A stretch of DNA of 64,000 nucleotides from Saccostrea cucullata. Taxonomy: Eukaryota. Position numbers and translations under genes: made by a program. The stretch spans positions 124,001 to 188,000 of the forward strand of contig NW_026937346.1 in assembly GCF_032062105.1 (NCBI RefSeq). Reading direction: 5' to 3'. Of the stretch, positions 38,271 through 51,409 are shown piece after piece. Numbering within the stretch: position 1 is the first letter of the stretch; each line of letters opens with the position of its first letter. Below the pieces are notes generated by a model that did no database searches, had not been told where the DNA came from, and saw only the letters and a program-made list of their open reading frames with translations.

Positions 38271-39267
38271 TTTATACACTACCAACTGAATATCTGTTTA
38301 CATGCAGTAGAATTTATTCATTTTGCGATGGAATGTAGGAATACTTTTGTATTGTTCATGTTGTTTTCGGATATTTCCCAATCGAAAATTGTGAAATTAA
38401 TATTTAAATAGTATACCTGAGATAAATGATTAATATTAGAAAATGATAAATTAAAAAGTCTGCTGAGATTTAATTCCGTGAGAGGGAATTGTTTGAGGGA
38501 AAACTGCATGTGTCAGGAAAAAGAAATTAGCATTCTCAGTCGAATGAATCATTATGGGTCAAAATGTAGATAATGTTAAATAACCACTGCGAAGTTTCTG
38601 ATTTAGGTTAATTTTTATGTAGATTTTTCTACACCTAAGAATATTAATGGAAACCATATAATTAGTAAGCATCATTGCAAATGGCGTAGAAGATTTGTTA
38701 ACTTCACAGATTCTGAAAAAGTCTGGTGTCTCGAGTAATAGTTATACGTTCTATGTGTAAATGATGCCTGATGGCAAGTCAATGAACCTAAGGTCGTGTT
38801 GTTCCCGTGCTGTGCAGAAATTTTTTATGCTTCTGCTTGATAATATCGTCAGGGTCTTATGTTATCGATTTCATTGTTCTCAAATTTTTCTTTAAACATA
38901 TGTACATCTGTGGCCAAAGTTCCTACAGATAGGTGCCAAAATCTCTTGCTAAGTAAATTGTAATATTAATGTTGTTTCAGCAACCTGTCTCTAATCAACA
39001 TTTTCTGCAAGATTTGCCTTCTGTTCATCTGAGTCTGCAATGCATGTTTCTATTATTTTTTCCCCACAATTCACGGGGAAACTATTTGCTAACAATACAA
39101 ACTCTACAATCCTTGAATATGCATGTTAATTGCTGCAATGACTCAAGATAAAGAGAGAAAAGACCCAAAGGTCTCAACTCTTTACTATTGAAACAAAAGT
39201 TGAAAAAAACGGATGGTTATAGGTCTGAAGAGGTGGAATCTGATACCTATAGTAGGGTTTCGATGTG

Positions 39268-39269
<2 letters not shown>

Positions 39270-39315
<46 letters not shown>

Positions 39316-39505
39316 GGTTTTTTACTCTCTTTTCAAGAATTTCTCACTTATATGCTTGTAGAGACTTCTCCATTCACGAAAAAAGATCTTCAAATTTATA
39401 CCTATATTCAGAAATGGGTGTTTTGAGTAGTAAGGGTTTTTTTCGTGCTTTTGTTTACCGTGGCGCGAAACGTCGTTTCTTAAGGTCTCATCCGAAAGAC
39501 CATTG
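39270..39505 (-). mobile_element. SINE fragment with (ATTG)n tail
   Basis: (ATTG)11 at 39270-39313, followed by the reverse complement of the SINE 3' end and core (AAGGTCTCATCCGAAAGACC). Confidence 0.7.
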
Positions 39506-40986
39506 ATCCAGTAATTAGCCCGACAAATAACTTATTTGTCTCAACGATTTCTATATATAAACCGTCTAATTCGTCCGAACGAATTTCTAATTTGTCCGAA
39601 CATTTTTTTTTACCTAGCCCTACAACATGAATTAGTATATGAAATAAAATTCTGGTCCCAGAAGCGTTCCTCCCTGAAAGATGCATGTAAGCTCTAGCAT
39701 TTTACGGGAGATACATTTTGTATAGCTATTAAATTAGATTCATTTGGATTTTTGAAATATTTTCTTGCTTTTTTGTTTTTCGATGTGCTGTATTTCCGCT
39801 GAATTTAATATGCATTTGATTTTGCATTTTATCGAGGCAGGTTATCAAAATTCTACAGATTTAGACGCCTTCCTATAAATTCCAATGTCTTCGTGATCTT
39901 CGCCTACAAAACTACTGCTTGTCTGTTGCGTGATAGCAATTTGTCGATTTTAATTTGATCAAAGATGAAAATGGTTATCCAGTTGATTAAATCAGCAATC
40001 TTTAAATTAAAGAGGTTCTCTGTTTTCGGTTTGAACAAATTTCTTTTCACAACTTAATCAGCAAACAGAAGAGTTGCAAAAAGAAGTAAAATGTGTATTC
40101 TCTAATGTGAAATGAGTCTGTTGTTGTTACACCATACTATTATCAAGTATTTCTATAACTTGCTTTATTAAATTGCTTTGAATTTTTTAGTATAATCAAC
40201 GGCAGTTAACTTGGCCGTGAACAGCAAAAGCATCAATTTATACATAATTTTGTAAATGCTAAAGTGCAAAACAGATATATTTGATCTCAAACCAAATTTT
40301 ATGTACCGGTTTACCCGTGAAGCAGCATTAGTGCCATTTTCTTGTACCTATGAAGGGTCAGAGACGACATGCACTCGGACAATGGTCAACCATTACTGAG
40401 TGGGCAGGTACTTCTATGTGTATGTTTTGTTTTCATTTGTGTATTTGCAGATACATTTAAAAAGAGTACCTGGGAAAGTTTTATTTTGGGGTCAATGAGT
40501 AATTAAACCTACTCAAAGAAAAATACATTAAAAGATCTAGGTCTAAAGCAGGATAATAAAATGTTCATGTAAGAGGATTGCACGATCGCGAGTAGTAGTA
40601 AATCGTAGTACATGTTTATAAGTCAACAGGTTCTAATACATCTTTTTAATCGTCGCGTAAGCTCTAATCCCCTTTCCAGATTACACTCAAAGGAATACTT
40701 CATAAATTTTAAGATAACAGATAATTTTCTATGAACGCATCAATTTCTGCTTAATACATGTAATTCACTGGATCACGATTTCACGCTGGTATCGACGCAC
40801 GGATGCCCTGTCATTTCCTATTAATGCGACGATGGGCATGCTTAAGCAAACACTTCGCTAAGAGCTGTTCGATAGTGTTAACCTCTGTAAGAATAAGGTG
40901 GTGCTAAATTTGTTTACAATACACTTACGCCGTTTACCCTACCGTGTAGTTTTTATTTACTAAGTCCTTCCATTTATGTCCACGGC

Positions 40987-40994
40987 TATATAAA
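40987..40994 (+). promoter_or_regulatory. Putative TATA box of RERG-like 2
   Basis: GGC-TATATAAA about 270 nt upstream of the ATG, in a locally CpG-richer stretch. Confidence 0.45.
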
Positions 40995-41258
40995 TCAATT
41001 TATCCGGACATCGCCTTTTAATCTTTTCTTGACCATAAGTAGCAGAGAGACTGCAAGCGCGCTACTAGATCGTACAACGCTGGGAAGCAATTTACGATTC
41101 ATTATGTGTTTATCAATGGAGATGTAAACTAATGTGTGAACAACTCACCCTCTAGGGTATTTATTAGATGTATTAGATGTAGATATTGGTTAACTACAGA
41201 ATTACTCTCGTCTAGTGCTTTTGTGTGGTGTTTTGTTCCGTGTAAAATTGGAGAAAAT

Positions 41259-41358
41259 ATGCGAACCATGTCGACACCTCGACGAAAAATTTCGATGTCT
41301 TCCAAACAGAAACCCTTGCGGATTGCAATTCTGGGACAAAATGGGGTTGGAAAATCGG
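41259..41358 (+). CDS. RERG-like 2 coding exon 1
   Basis: MRTMSTPRRKIS...IAILGQNGVGKS, donor G|gtaagt. Confidence 0.88.
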
Positions 41359-44300
41359 GTAAGTAATTTTCTTTTTAAATATTTAATTGTTGTTTGCTAA
41401 TATTTTTTAAGATGTTGCTTTTGTTTCTCTTCTTTTTTTCTCTCCATTTTTTGGGGTGGCAGGGGTTTAATGTATAGTTCAATTTTTCACAGGGTTTCAG
41501 ATATTTTGATTTTATTTCATAAATTTAAGATTACATTCAGACTTTTGCAAAATAAATACTGAAATAAGGCTTTTTTTTCATTTTAATTCATTCGCTCAAA
41601 GATCTTTCGTAAATGCATTGTGAATATTTGCAATAGAAAAATAACATTTCAATAGTGTGGCCAACGCTTTAAAATTTTCTCTGTCATTTTGAAAATACAA
41701 TATCAAAACCACCGAGTTCCAGTTCCAGTAAGACTATTTATCGTTTCAATTGGTTTTCAAAATGTTGATAATTAGTTTAGTTTTGGCTTAATAATCAACA
41801 GGGTTGTTGAACAATAGCTTCAAAGAACATTTCTGTAAATAGATAAACATCATAGATGTTTGTTAAAGTCAATACGTTTGTTAGCAATATAATGGTATCA
41901 CAAAATAGTTTTTCCTGATAATAAAATCTTAAGAAAAATCTATCAACATGATCAATTGGACCATTTGATAATATTTTTGTGTAGTATAAGAAAAAAATTG
42001 ACATCAACCATGTAAAAATACGTGACCAGTAAAATACAGTGAGAGTCTATTATCGTAAACGGTATTAATTCCATGACGTTACAAAATACGTTCTGTTTTG
42101 TTTTCATCAACAAAAACAATATTGAATAGCCGGTTTCTCATTTCGATCAAAGATAGTTTTGATTAAGTTAAAGCCAACATTCGCATTATTTTAGCATGTT
42201 AATCTCTTTTCTCGTCCTACACGGAAATTTGAAATTCCAGCAGAAATGAATTTCAGGAAATTATGTTTATTCAAGTATATATAGATCGAGGAGGAAACAG
42301 AGAAATAGATGTTTAAAATAAGATTCTTGTGCCATCTTGGCAATTTCTTATCAAGACCTGCACTGCAATATGAATTGATTATAAACCTAATTTTTGAAAG
42401 AACAGAAATCCTAGGAAAGGGTGTATCGTTTTGCAATAACCTTTTTCTGTTTGAAAATTCCTCACACAAATGCAATTCAGTTTTCAATTATCCGGTACCC
42501 TCTCCCTTTCATAACCTTTGCGAAACGAATGTTCAAATGGGATAATGAATAAAAAAGTAGCAGAATTTAAGAATAATGAAATGGTGTACAAGTTGACATA
42601 AATGGTTATTACATTGTAATACATGTATCTGTAAGTCCGGTTCTGCCAGACATATTTTTATGACCAAATTCTGCAACGAATATGAAAGGCAGAGTACATC
42701 TTGTCATGATGAAATTTCCACTAGAAGGAGAGACTGTTGTGGCTAAGTAGAGTAACATTTTTTTCAATGAAACTGATGACCTTGAAAGTGCACTACCGAT
42801 GATTTCACAATGCCACTAAGTTATACTAGTATTCGCCGTGTGCCAACCAATGTTGGAAAAGAGGAACTATTTATTTTAGACAGTACATGTATATCAATTT
42901 GGAAATCAAATGGCCCGGTTAACCTAAAACAGAATTTTAAATAACATTATTACGATCTTTCACTCCTAAAAGTGCCCTAGAAAAACATATCATAACCAGC
43001 CTCTCCCTAATATTATTATCTTATATAACTGATTTCCTCATATGTTCGATTATAGAATTAAACTGTTTATATTAAAGGTACTAACCATTTAAATGGCGGA
43101 AATGAAAGATCAATAAAACAATTAACTGTTACTCATTTATTTATTTGAGAGAGAAAAATAACGCTTTCTGATTAAGCAATAGGATTTAAGTAAATGGGGC
43201 CCAAATGTAGCATTATGTAAATCTTTGTGTACATTCGATGTTAATCTCGATCAAGTAGCGAGACGTGTAGTCACAGATGGGCCTCCGATAAGGAATGATC
43301 AAGCTAATCCCCCATTAAGCGTGCCAGAGTTCTTGAGTACTAGTTTTTTTCCCTCCATTTCAAAATTTGTAAGTTTTACTCCGATACTAGATTCCACTTA
43401 TTGTGCAATTTAATAAGTTGTAGTTGATATGTTGTATATTTTTCGAGTTCTGAATTTTTTGTCAAAGCGTGAAAAAAATCAAAGAATTTTGGTGAAACTT
43501 TCCTTCGAGAATACTAGTATTCCATTGGTCAGAAGTTCATTTGTTTAAGTATCTACATGTACATGTATAATAAATTCATTCCGTTAGGCCATCAATTTAC
43601 AGATTTCTTTCTGTGATGAGTAAGAATTCTTTTATTAAATATTGCATAATATGCTCCTTCTTTGAAAGATAAATCCTAACAAAAACTTCTGACCAGTTAG
43701 TGCAAAACTAAATGAGCAATGACAACCGACAATTGCAAGTAGTGCATTCAATTCATGGGAGCTTAAAATTTTGTTAGCAGATCTAAACTGTATTGTTAAA
43801 TTTCTTTAATGTGTGAAAAGCTGAACCATTTAAGCTTTTCAAAAATGTTTTATTGAAAACGTCGTCAGAGAGTTTAATGCCGAAAGAGCATTGTTGAACT
43901 ACTTTCGTGAGATGGGAATTTCTACGCAAAGAAAAAAAAAACATACATGAAAATCAAATGTTTGCATGTGTATTATATTTATTAAACTGAATTTCTGAAA
44001 GTATAGAATTGGGCTAGATCACTAAGGTTTTTTTCAATTAGTTTAATGTCTTTAATATGTAAATATTTGATGATAATCGGAAAATTGTTTCTGATTTGTA
44101 CATGGAGAGAAAAAATGTTCAGCAATATTCAGGCCACACGCAAGTTGGAGGCATCAAAAGCAGTTTTCAACAATGGCAAAATGTAGCAAAGTATATTTTC
44201 TGTACACAGTTCTTTTGCTTTTCGAACGCTTTTCCTTTCATTGGTAAATGCCTATGATGTTTGATAAACTCTCTCGTAAATTTTTAAAGAATAAATAAAT

Positions 44301-46160
44301 TACATTATATTGTTATAAGCGAGATGGCTGCATTTTGATGAGATTTTCTCAGAGAGGGAAACTTACCGAAAGATAGTGCTTCTCGTTACCCCTGCATCAG
44401 CTTATTTTTATCTTCTATTCTAGAGAGCTCCTTTATCGAATTAAGATTAGACGTACTCTTATTTGTACCTTTACATAATTCGTATGATTAGATTAATGAA
44501 GACTTGATAACAAAAGTTTTTATAAATAGATTTTTGGATATCAATGCATCTGAAAAAAAATAAAGTCACATGCATGAATGATAAATTGCTTGCTATTCTT
44601 TAAACCAATACTTGTATTTAAAGAGACCATTGAACTTTTCAGTTCATAAAGGCCCGAAAGTTTAAGAAATATTATGCAGTTAGATAAAACTAATCAATTT
44701 GCTTTTCCCACAATAAAAGTCAACCTGCCAAAATGTATCTTTGCATGAAGGAATAGGTCAATTTTTGCACCACATAAGATTTTAAAATGGATGAAATCAT
44801 ACACATCGCTGCAGAGAACGTATGCAACATGCATCCTCAAATCCGCTGATAACGTTAACAGCTTGTGGATATAAAAAAAATATAGAAATGTGCTAATAAT
44901 CTTTTGAATTGATGCTTGATCTATCTTTATCTTTTTCTTGCAGCTTTGACTGTGCGTTTCATCACACGACGGTTCATTGGGGACTACGATCCAGATTTAG
45001 GTATGATCCAAGGTCAAGGACTCTTTATTAAATATAAATCATGCAGATATACACATGATACATGTAAAGCATTATATTTATTATTTATTCAATTTTTAAA
45101 AATTGAATTCGTACCAATTCAACGTGTCTGAAATTACATAAATACAAACTCCTTCATCTTTTAATTTAATTAATGCAATTTGTTCTTTCTTTTTGTTTGG
45201 TGCATTTCGGGGTCATTTTTCTTAATTTTGTAAAACCAATGACCCAAAATGTGTCTTCGAGCCATATGTAAGGGTAAAGAACCGTCTATTAAAAATGTAA
45301 ATATTTTCTAACTAAAAAATTTCTGGTCTCTTCATTTTAGTTTATTCATAAATGCGAATGCATTCTTGGACACTAATTCACATATCGCCTTCCTGTCTCG
45401 AGTTTTACGTTTGAAAGCAAATCAGGTGGTAAAAACGGAAAAATAGTAAATGCGTACACTTGTGTCTTAATCCGCTTAATCTAAAAATGTAAACACGCAC
45501 TAGACATTGATTCAAAAATATAAAGTTCATGCTCTGAGCATTTGTAAAAGTTTGAAGACAAGATAATCTTATTTTACGGTGTACTGCTTTTTTTCTTTGT
45601 AGAAAAAGTTTACGCTTGCTCAAGATGTTTAGATGGTGACACAGTGACCTTAGAATTATTGGATACGGCCGCGCAGGTAAATAGTTCTTTTTTCAGCATA
45701 TGCTGATTTTTTCTTCTTCTGCTTGACCTAGCTTATTTCCTGGGTCTGTTTATGAAAAGATTCAATATTCAAGACATTTTTCCCAATTAAATGTTTAATC
45801 TGAGAGAGTGCAAATTTCTTTAACGGTAAACGATTTCGATAATCAATCCAATTAACAATTAATTTAATCCATTTACAAAGATTAATCCGTTTGATATTGA
45901 ATCTTAAACCTACTTTCTCTATCTTGTGTGGTCTTAATTACTATATTATTTTACTCGTATATTAAGTCCAATTAATGATTAAAATAATGGTTCCGACCCA
46001 TTTGTTTGATGACAACATTGCTGATATAAGCAAAATTGAAAAACCATGCAACAACTTGAAGGCTAAATTTCTCAATTAGTTCACTGTATCTCGTGTCATT
46101 GAAAAATAATTAGTGAAAAAGCTTACTGGGTTTTTATACCCCACGCAACTAGTTGCGGGA

Positions 46161-46202
<42 letters not shown>

Positions 46203-48205
46203 CGTCAGTCAGTCAGTCAGTCAGTCCTCTTTTTTTGTCAGCGCAACTCCTCATAAACCGCTGCACAGAATTTCGTCAAACTTTGCAGGTATTTAGGACA
46301 CAATGTGTAGATGTGCATATTACCAGGAAATGCCGATTCCATTATTTTTTCCGGGAATTTCCGCACTTCTTAACTTAGGCATTTGACCATACCTTGAATA
46401 TAGAGATGAACAGTTTGTCAGCGCAACTCCTCATAAACCGCTGCACAGAATTTCGTCAAACTTTGCAGGTATTTAGGACACAATGTGTAGATGTGCATAT
46501 TACCAGGAAATTCCGATTCCGTTATTTTTTCCGGGAATTTCCTCACTTCTTAACTTAGGCATTTGACCATACCTTGAATATAGAGATGAACAGTTTGTCA
46601 GCGCAACTCTTCATAAACCGCTGCACAGAATTTCGTCAAACTTTGCAGATATTTAGGAAACAATATGTAGATGTGCATATTCCCAGGAAATGCCGATTCC
46701 ATTATTTTTCCGGGAATTTCCGCACTTCTTAACTTAGGCATTTGGCCATACCTTGAATATAGAGATGAACAGTTTGTCAGCGCAACTCCTCATAAACCGC
46801 TGCACAGAATTTCGTTAAACTTTGCAGATATTGAGGACACAATATGTAGATGTGCATATTACCAGGAAATTCCGATTCCTTTATTTTTCCGGGAATTTCC
46901 ACACATTCCAACTTAGACTTTTTGGCCATACCTTGAATATAGAGATGAACAGTTTGTCAGCCCCACTCCTCTTAAACTGTTGTACATAGTTTCGTCAACC
47001 TATGCAGATATTTAGGACATATTCCATTATTTTATCCCAAAGAGTTTTGCCTATTATTCAAGAAAATTTCTCAACCCCCCCCCCCCCCCCCAACCACTTC
47101 AAATTAATGTTTGGATTTGTAAGAGAAAAGAAATTTTGATTCCATTATTTATCTAGAAACTTCATTCCACATTTAAATGTCCTTATATGCAAGACATTTT
47201 GATGTGAAGATTTTTTTGCAATTATTGCCCTTTTTTGATCTATATTATGTATTTAAAGTGCACTGTGCCTTTCATTATGTGTTTCACCGTCAAGTTTTGG
47301 GGGAGCGTGGGGTATGTGAGCTAGCTCACTTTTTCTTTCATTTTTCATAGTCACGATAATGAGCATAAAATTGCACTTAATATATTTTTTGAACAACATC
47401 ATACGTGTAATTAAGCATGTAAGAAAATATGAAATGGGCGAAACTATCTTCCTGTGACGTAAAAATCGAGGGCTTGACCATATCGTGCATTTGAAGAACA
47501 TGCCCAACTGTTTCGCATGTCAAGGCGCACGTAAAGAAATAAAGGTCAAATTTTTCATATGAATGGATAGCTTTCTAGGAAACATTTGGTAAAAATTCAA
47601 AATTCATATTATGATCAAGAAAAAGACATAATGGCTTCCAAAAACAGCGGCTTTGTACACATAAGCAAGCAGGAAAGTTATCGAATACTTATTTGCCAAT
47701 TTTTTCCACATTTCAGGCAGAGAAAAGTCGTATAGAAGACCATATAAAGTGGGCAGAGGCATACATTCTTATGTACTCAGTGACCGATCGATGCAGTTTT
47801 GGGGAAGTGAGCAGACTAAAATTCCTCATTAATTCTTACAGTAAAAAACAACGCAAAAGTGTGTCGTCACCAGATTCCGTAATGACGTCAACACCGGTGG
47901 TTCTAGTAGCCAATCAGATTGATCGAACTCATGACAGAATGGTTACACAGGAAGAAGGATTTCAAAGATCTCTAGAACTTGGTTGTTTGTCTTTTTATGA
48001 AATTTCTGTCAGAGAAAGTATAGACTCTGTGTCAAAAATTTTTGAGGATATTTATCTAATGTGCCGGAAACCGCGCAAGTGTCGTCAACAGCTGTGTAAA
48101 CAATTGTCGTTACCAAGTTTTATCAACGAGGAGAAACCGGAAGAGACAATCGACACGTCTGCTACCTTGAACAGACGGCGGAAAGCAATCTTTACCGTTA
48201 GCTAA
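41259..48205 (+). CDS. Ras-family small GTPase, RERG/RASL-like (paralogue 2); 4 coding exons, 239 aa
   Basis: join(41259-41358,44944-45000,45603-45676,47717-48205)=720 nt, GT-AG, in frame. The start could instead be ATG 41268. G1 GQNGVGKS; ALTVRFITRRFIGDYDPD; LDTAAQ; KWAEAYILMYSV; ANQID; EISV; no CAAX. Confidence 0.92.
44944..45000 (+). CDS. RERG-like 2 coding exon 2 (57 nt)
   Basis: cttgcag|CT...G|gtatga; ALTVRFITRRFIGDYDPDL. Confidence 0.92.
45603..45676 (+). CDS. RERG-like 2 coding exon 3 (74 nt)
   Basis: ctttgtag|AA...CAG|gtaaat; EKVYACSRCLDGDTVTLELLDTAAQ. Confidence 0.9.
46131..47338 (+). mobile_element. Helentron-associated (HINE) element with about 4.3 copies of a 180-bp satellite, in RERG-like 2 intron 3
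   Basis: Sub-TIRs ATACCCCACGC (46136) / GCGTGGGGTAT (47305); 5' palindrome CGCAACTAGTTGCG; (GTCA)n seed; 3' palindrome GTGAGCTAGCTCAC. Monomers at 46241, 46421, 46601, 46780, 46960. Confidence 0.9.
47717..48205 (+). CDS. RERG-like 2 coding exon 4 (stop)
   Basis: tttcag|GCA...TAA; matches ORF 47693-48205; AATAAA at 48288 and 48436. Confidence 0.92.
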   Translation, partial: AEKSRIEDHIKWAEAYILMYSVTDRCSFGEVSRLKFLINSYSKKQRKSVSSPDSVMTSTPVVLVANQIDRTHDRMVTQEEGFQRSLELGCLSFYEISVRESIDSVSKIFEDIYLMCRKPRKCRQQLCKQLSLPSFINEEKPEETIDTSATLNRRRKAIFTVS

Positions 48206-49304
48206 TCAGGTTCATTCTGGACCATTTATCAGTAAAAGTTGAAAAGAAGTTTTCATCACCTCAAGCTTCTGATGAGCTTCGTTATAAAATAAAGCTTATC
48301 TGTGATACTTGTTTACAAATGAGGACTGATAAGAGATAAATTACGCATGTACGTTCATGAACGATGCGAGAAAGGCGGATATTCAATATTTCTTGTTTTT
48401 GTTTTAACTTCCATTTTATAGATCATGTTTTACGTAATAAAAAATGATAACACAAATTCATTTTTGAGTGGTGGATTGAAAGCTATTATATACTATAACA
48501 AACTATGAGGAATCGTAAATTTCCCCTAGTTTTAAGGAACTAACACATCAAATAAGGCCATATAAACCGAGGTCCTTGTTGTTCGAAAGTTGGCATTACC
48601 TGTTCAACATCCGTATAAGATCAAGAATGAGTTAGTCTAAATTCCAGGGACCCAGAGTCTTGCAAGTATCTAAAGTGTCAGCTTTTCACTGCCAATATAT
48701 GGCGTCCCATTATACGTAAAACAATTTTGAAAGGACGTAAAGGAAAGCAAGCAAACAAACAAACTGTAGAGGTATGAAAGCTATAGCCAGGAATACGGTA
48801 CCACACACTTAGTGCTGGAGAAAGCACGTCAAGTTTATCAACAATTACTAGTTGTGTTGGCCTTTGACGTATTGTTACTGAGCTCACACCCCAGAATAAT
48901 TCACCAAACAATAGGAGAAGGAATCCGACAGAACAATGTAGCATAATATGCTTACATGTAAACATGGCTGTTCTTAATATAACTAGCAACAAAAGGTCCA
49001 GCGCGCAGAATAGAATCTGGCAAAGTGTAATTCATTAATTTTTGCTGGTATTTCAACATGTTGAATTTTTATATTTTTAAGATGGTGATATTTTTTTTCA
49101 AAGGTAGTCAGGAAATTATCCCTCTTCTTTATGACTTTTTATCAATTGTTTCCCATAGTCACATTTTGTCCTTGGTGACAATAGATACACCAGAGTAGGA
49201 ACTCCAGCAAAACACTATATCAGCTGTTATACCTACAACACTGGATGTCCTTAAAATGTACATGATATGTCTGTTAAAATATCAATTTGAATTTCAGAAA
49301 TCTT

Positions 49305-49835
49305 TTGTAAGTATGCTTTTTTAACATCCCTTCGAAAAGGTTTCTTCGAAGTGAGACGCCGTGGGGCTGTAGGTTTAGACCTATACTATCGGCTTTTGAG
49401 CAGTAAGGGATCTTTTTCGTGCCATGCAGCATCTAATGCAAAACGAGACCTCACTTTATACGGTCTAATCTATCGGAAGGACCGGTTTCAAACCCACGAA
49501 ATTAGGATCAACTTCTTACTGAAGCGACCCTACGGCAAACGCTCTTACCATTGCGCCACGCGAATTTGAGTAGTTAGTAATAAACAGAACCCACGAAAAC
49601 CCAATACCACTCTAAGACGTGGAGACTGGTCCTTTGGATGAGACCGTATAAACCGAGGTCCCACGTCGTAGTAGGTGCTAGCCCTAAAAAGATCTCTAAC
49701 TGCCCATGCAATGGCCTAAGCCTGAGTGTCGAGTATACTAGCTAGTAAGTATGATTTTGCAGCTTTCCACCGGCAAGTGGTTGTGTCTCCATATGAGTGA
49801 AAAATTCTCTAGAGGGACAACTAACAAACAAAACA
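49305..49835. mobile_element. Two divergently oriented SINE copies (- ~49305-49562; + ~49625-49835)
   Basis: The + copy GGATGAGACCGTATAAACCGAGGTCCC...CATATGAGTGAAAAATTC matches 58575-58880. The - copy carries the complementary core and tRNA-like head. Confidence 0.75.
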
Positions 49836-51409
49836 AAGACATAAAAATTCAAATTGAGGAGCATGCCGTTTTATAAACAGAAACTCAGACAGATGTTTTA
49901 TGGACAATGAACGAATTCTTTTATGTTGCATACACATTATGCCTGATGTCGCTAAAGTCTTTGAAGGCTAATGGCATCAAAATTTATTTATAAAAATAAT
50001 TATTTCACAAACTTGCATTAAGTCTATTATTGCGCTTGATAAAAACATATCTTATGGAGAAAATGTGTACCCTTGTTTTTAGACAATTCAACATTTTTTT
50101 TTTTTCGTAACGCTTTTTTTAACTTGAGGGATGATAAAACAGAGGTACATGTAGATGTATTTTTTCACTAATGACATATACTGTACTATAAACATAATGC
50201 AGCTTTTGTACATGTATAGATGCATGGTGCAGTCTTTATAGAGAAATCAAAAGGTCAATATCAATTGGATTTTTATATAAAGTTCACTACTCTTTACAAA
50301 AGCAATAAGCATAAATCTGGAGAGCAAAAAAAAAAATTGTTCGAATTACACAGTTCAAATTTAAGTTCCGGAGATGCCTGAATGGAATTAAATATTTGAT
50401 GATTTAAACTTAGAGACCTTCAAATCAAATCCTGTTCATGTGATTCCATAAATTCTGTACTCTTTATTTCAAAATGATAAATTTCTATAAATTTTCTAGA
50501 TATTTAATCAAAATATATTCTGTGATGATGCATGTTACAACTCTGATATACATTGTACTTGTCTGATAAGCTTCCTTGCAGAATTCTTTAGAAAAGACTG
50601 TTTTGACTTATTTTGTATACAAACTGTGTTCCATACATTTTTTGATTCTTGTCTATAAATTCCAAAACTACTGAGGTATAAATGTCCATCAGGTGTTTAC
50701 AAATAAAATGAAAGTAAACACATTCACATTTAGGAATTTCACATACATGTATATTGTGAATACAAACAGCGTTCCATACATTTTGTTTACATGATTGGTA
50801 ATTGCAACCATGTGTAGATGATATTTGGCCGGTGTGGAAGTCAAAACTTCACTTCTTTAAAAATCAAATGTATAAATTTTTTGATTTAGATTTGACTGCA
50901 TATCAAACTACAGGTAAAAACAACAACTTTTAATGCTAATTGGCTATTGTTTACAGGCTGTCTGTCATAGAAAGCTCATATAGAAAAAGTACGGTGTGCA
51001 AATAGGTAATTCTAAATTCATATTGATCCCTAATTTTAATCTTTCGATTTCCCAACTTTCCCCTGAGTGAATTTTTCTAAACTTTTTATATGTGAGTTAC
51101 TAATAGCTTATCTACAAATCTGCATTAAAATATGAACTGTTGCAATTAGTTCTCGTTTTTCAGTAGAATGACTAGAACTCAGGAAAGTTTGTTAATTGCA
51201 TATTATATTAGTATGCTTAATTAAGAAGCATTCGAACCAATGTCAGATTGATTCAGTACAAGTTCGCTTAACCCATTAAAATATTCTTTGTAACGTTTCC
51301 CTTCTTCTTCGAATGATTTGTAAAGAACCATTTAAATATTTACAATGAAAACATTAATAGGCATATTTTTAATTTGAAAATATCATTAATTGCAAAGATG
51401 GAAAGGGTA

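Noticed and set aside
46241-47020. Regularly spaced repeats as a CRISPR-like array
   Set aside because: Whole 180-bp monomers repeat with no unique spacers; eukaryotic intron; no cas genes.
48262-48300. CTGATGAG as a hammerhead ribozyme core in the RERG-like 2 3' UTR
   Set aside because: No stem II followed by GAAA and no convincing stems I or III.
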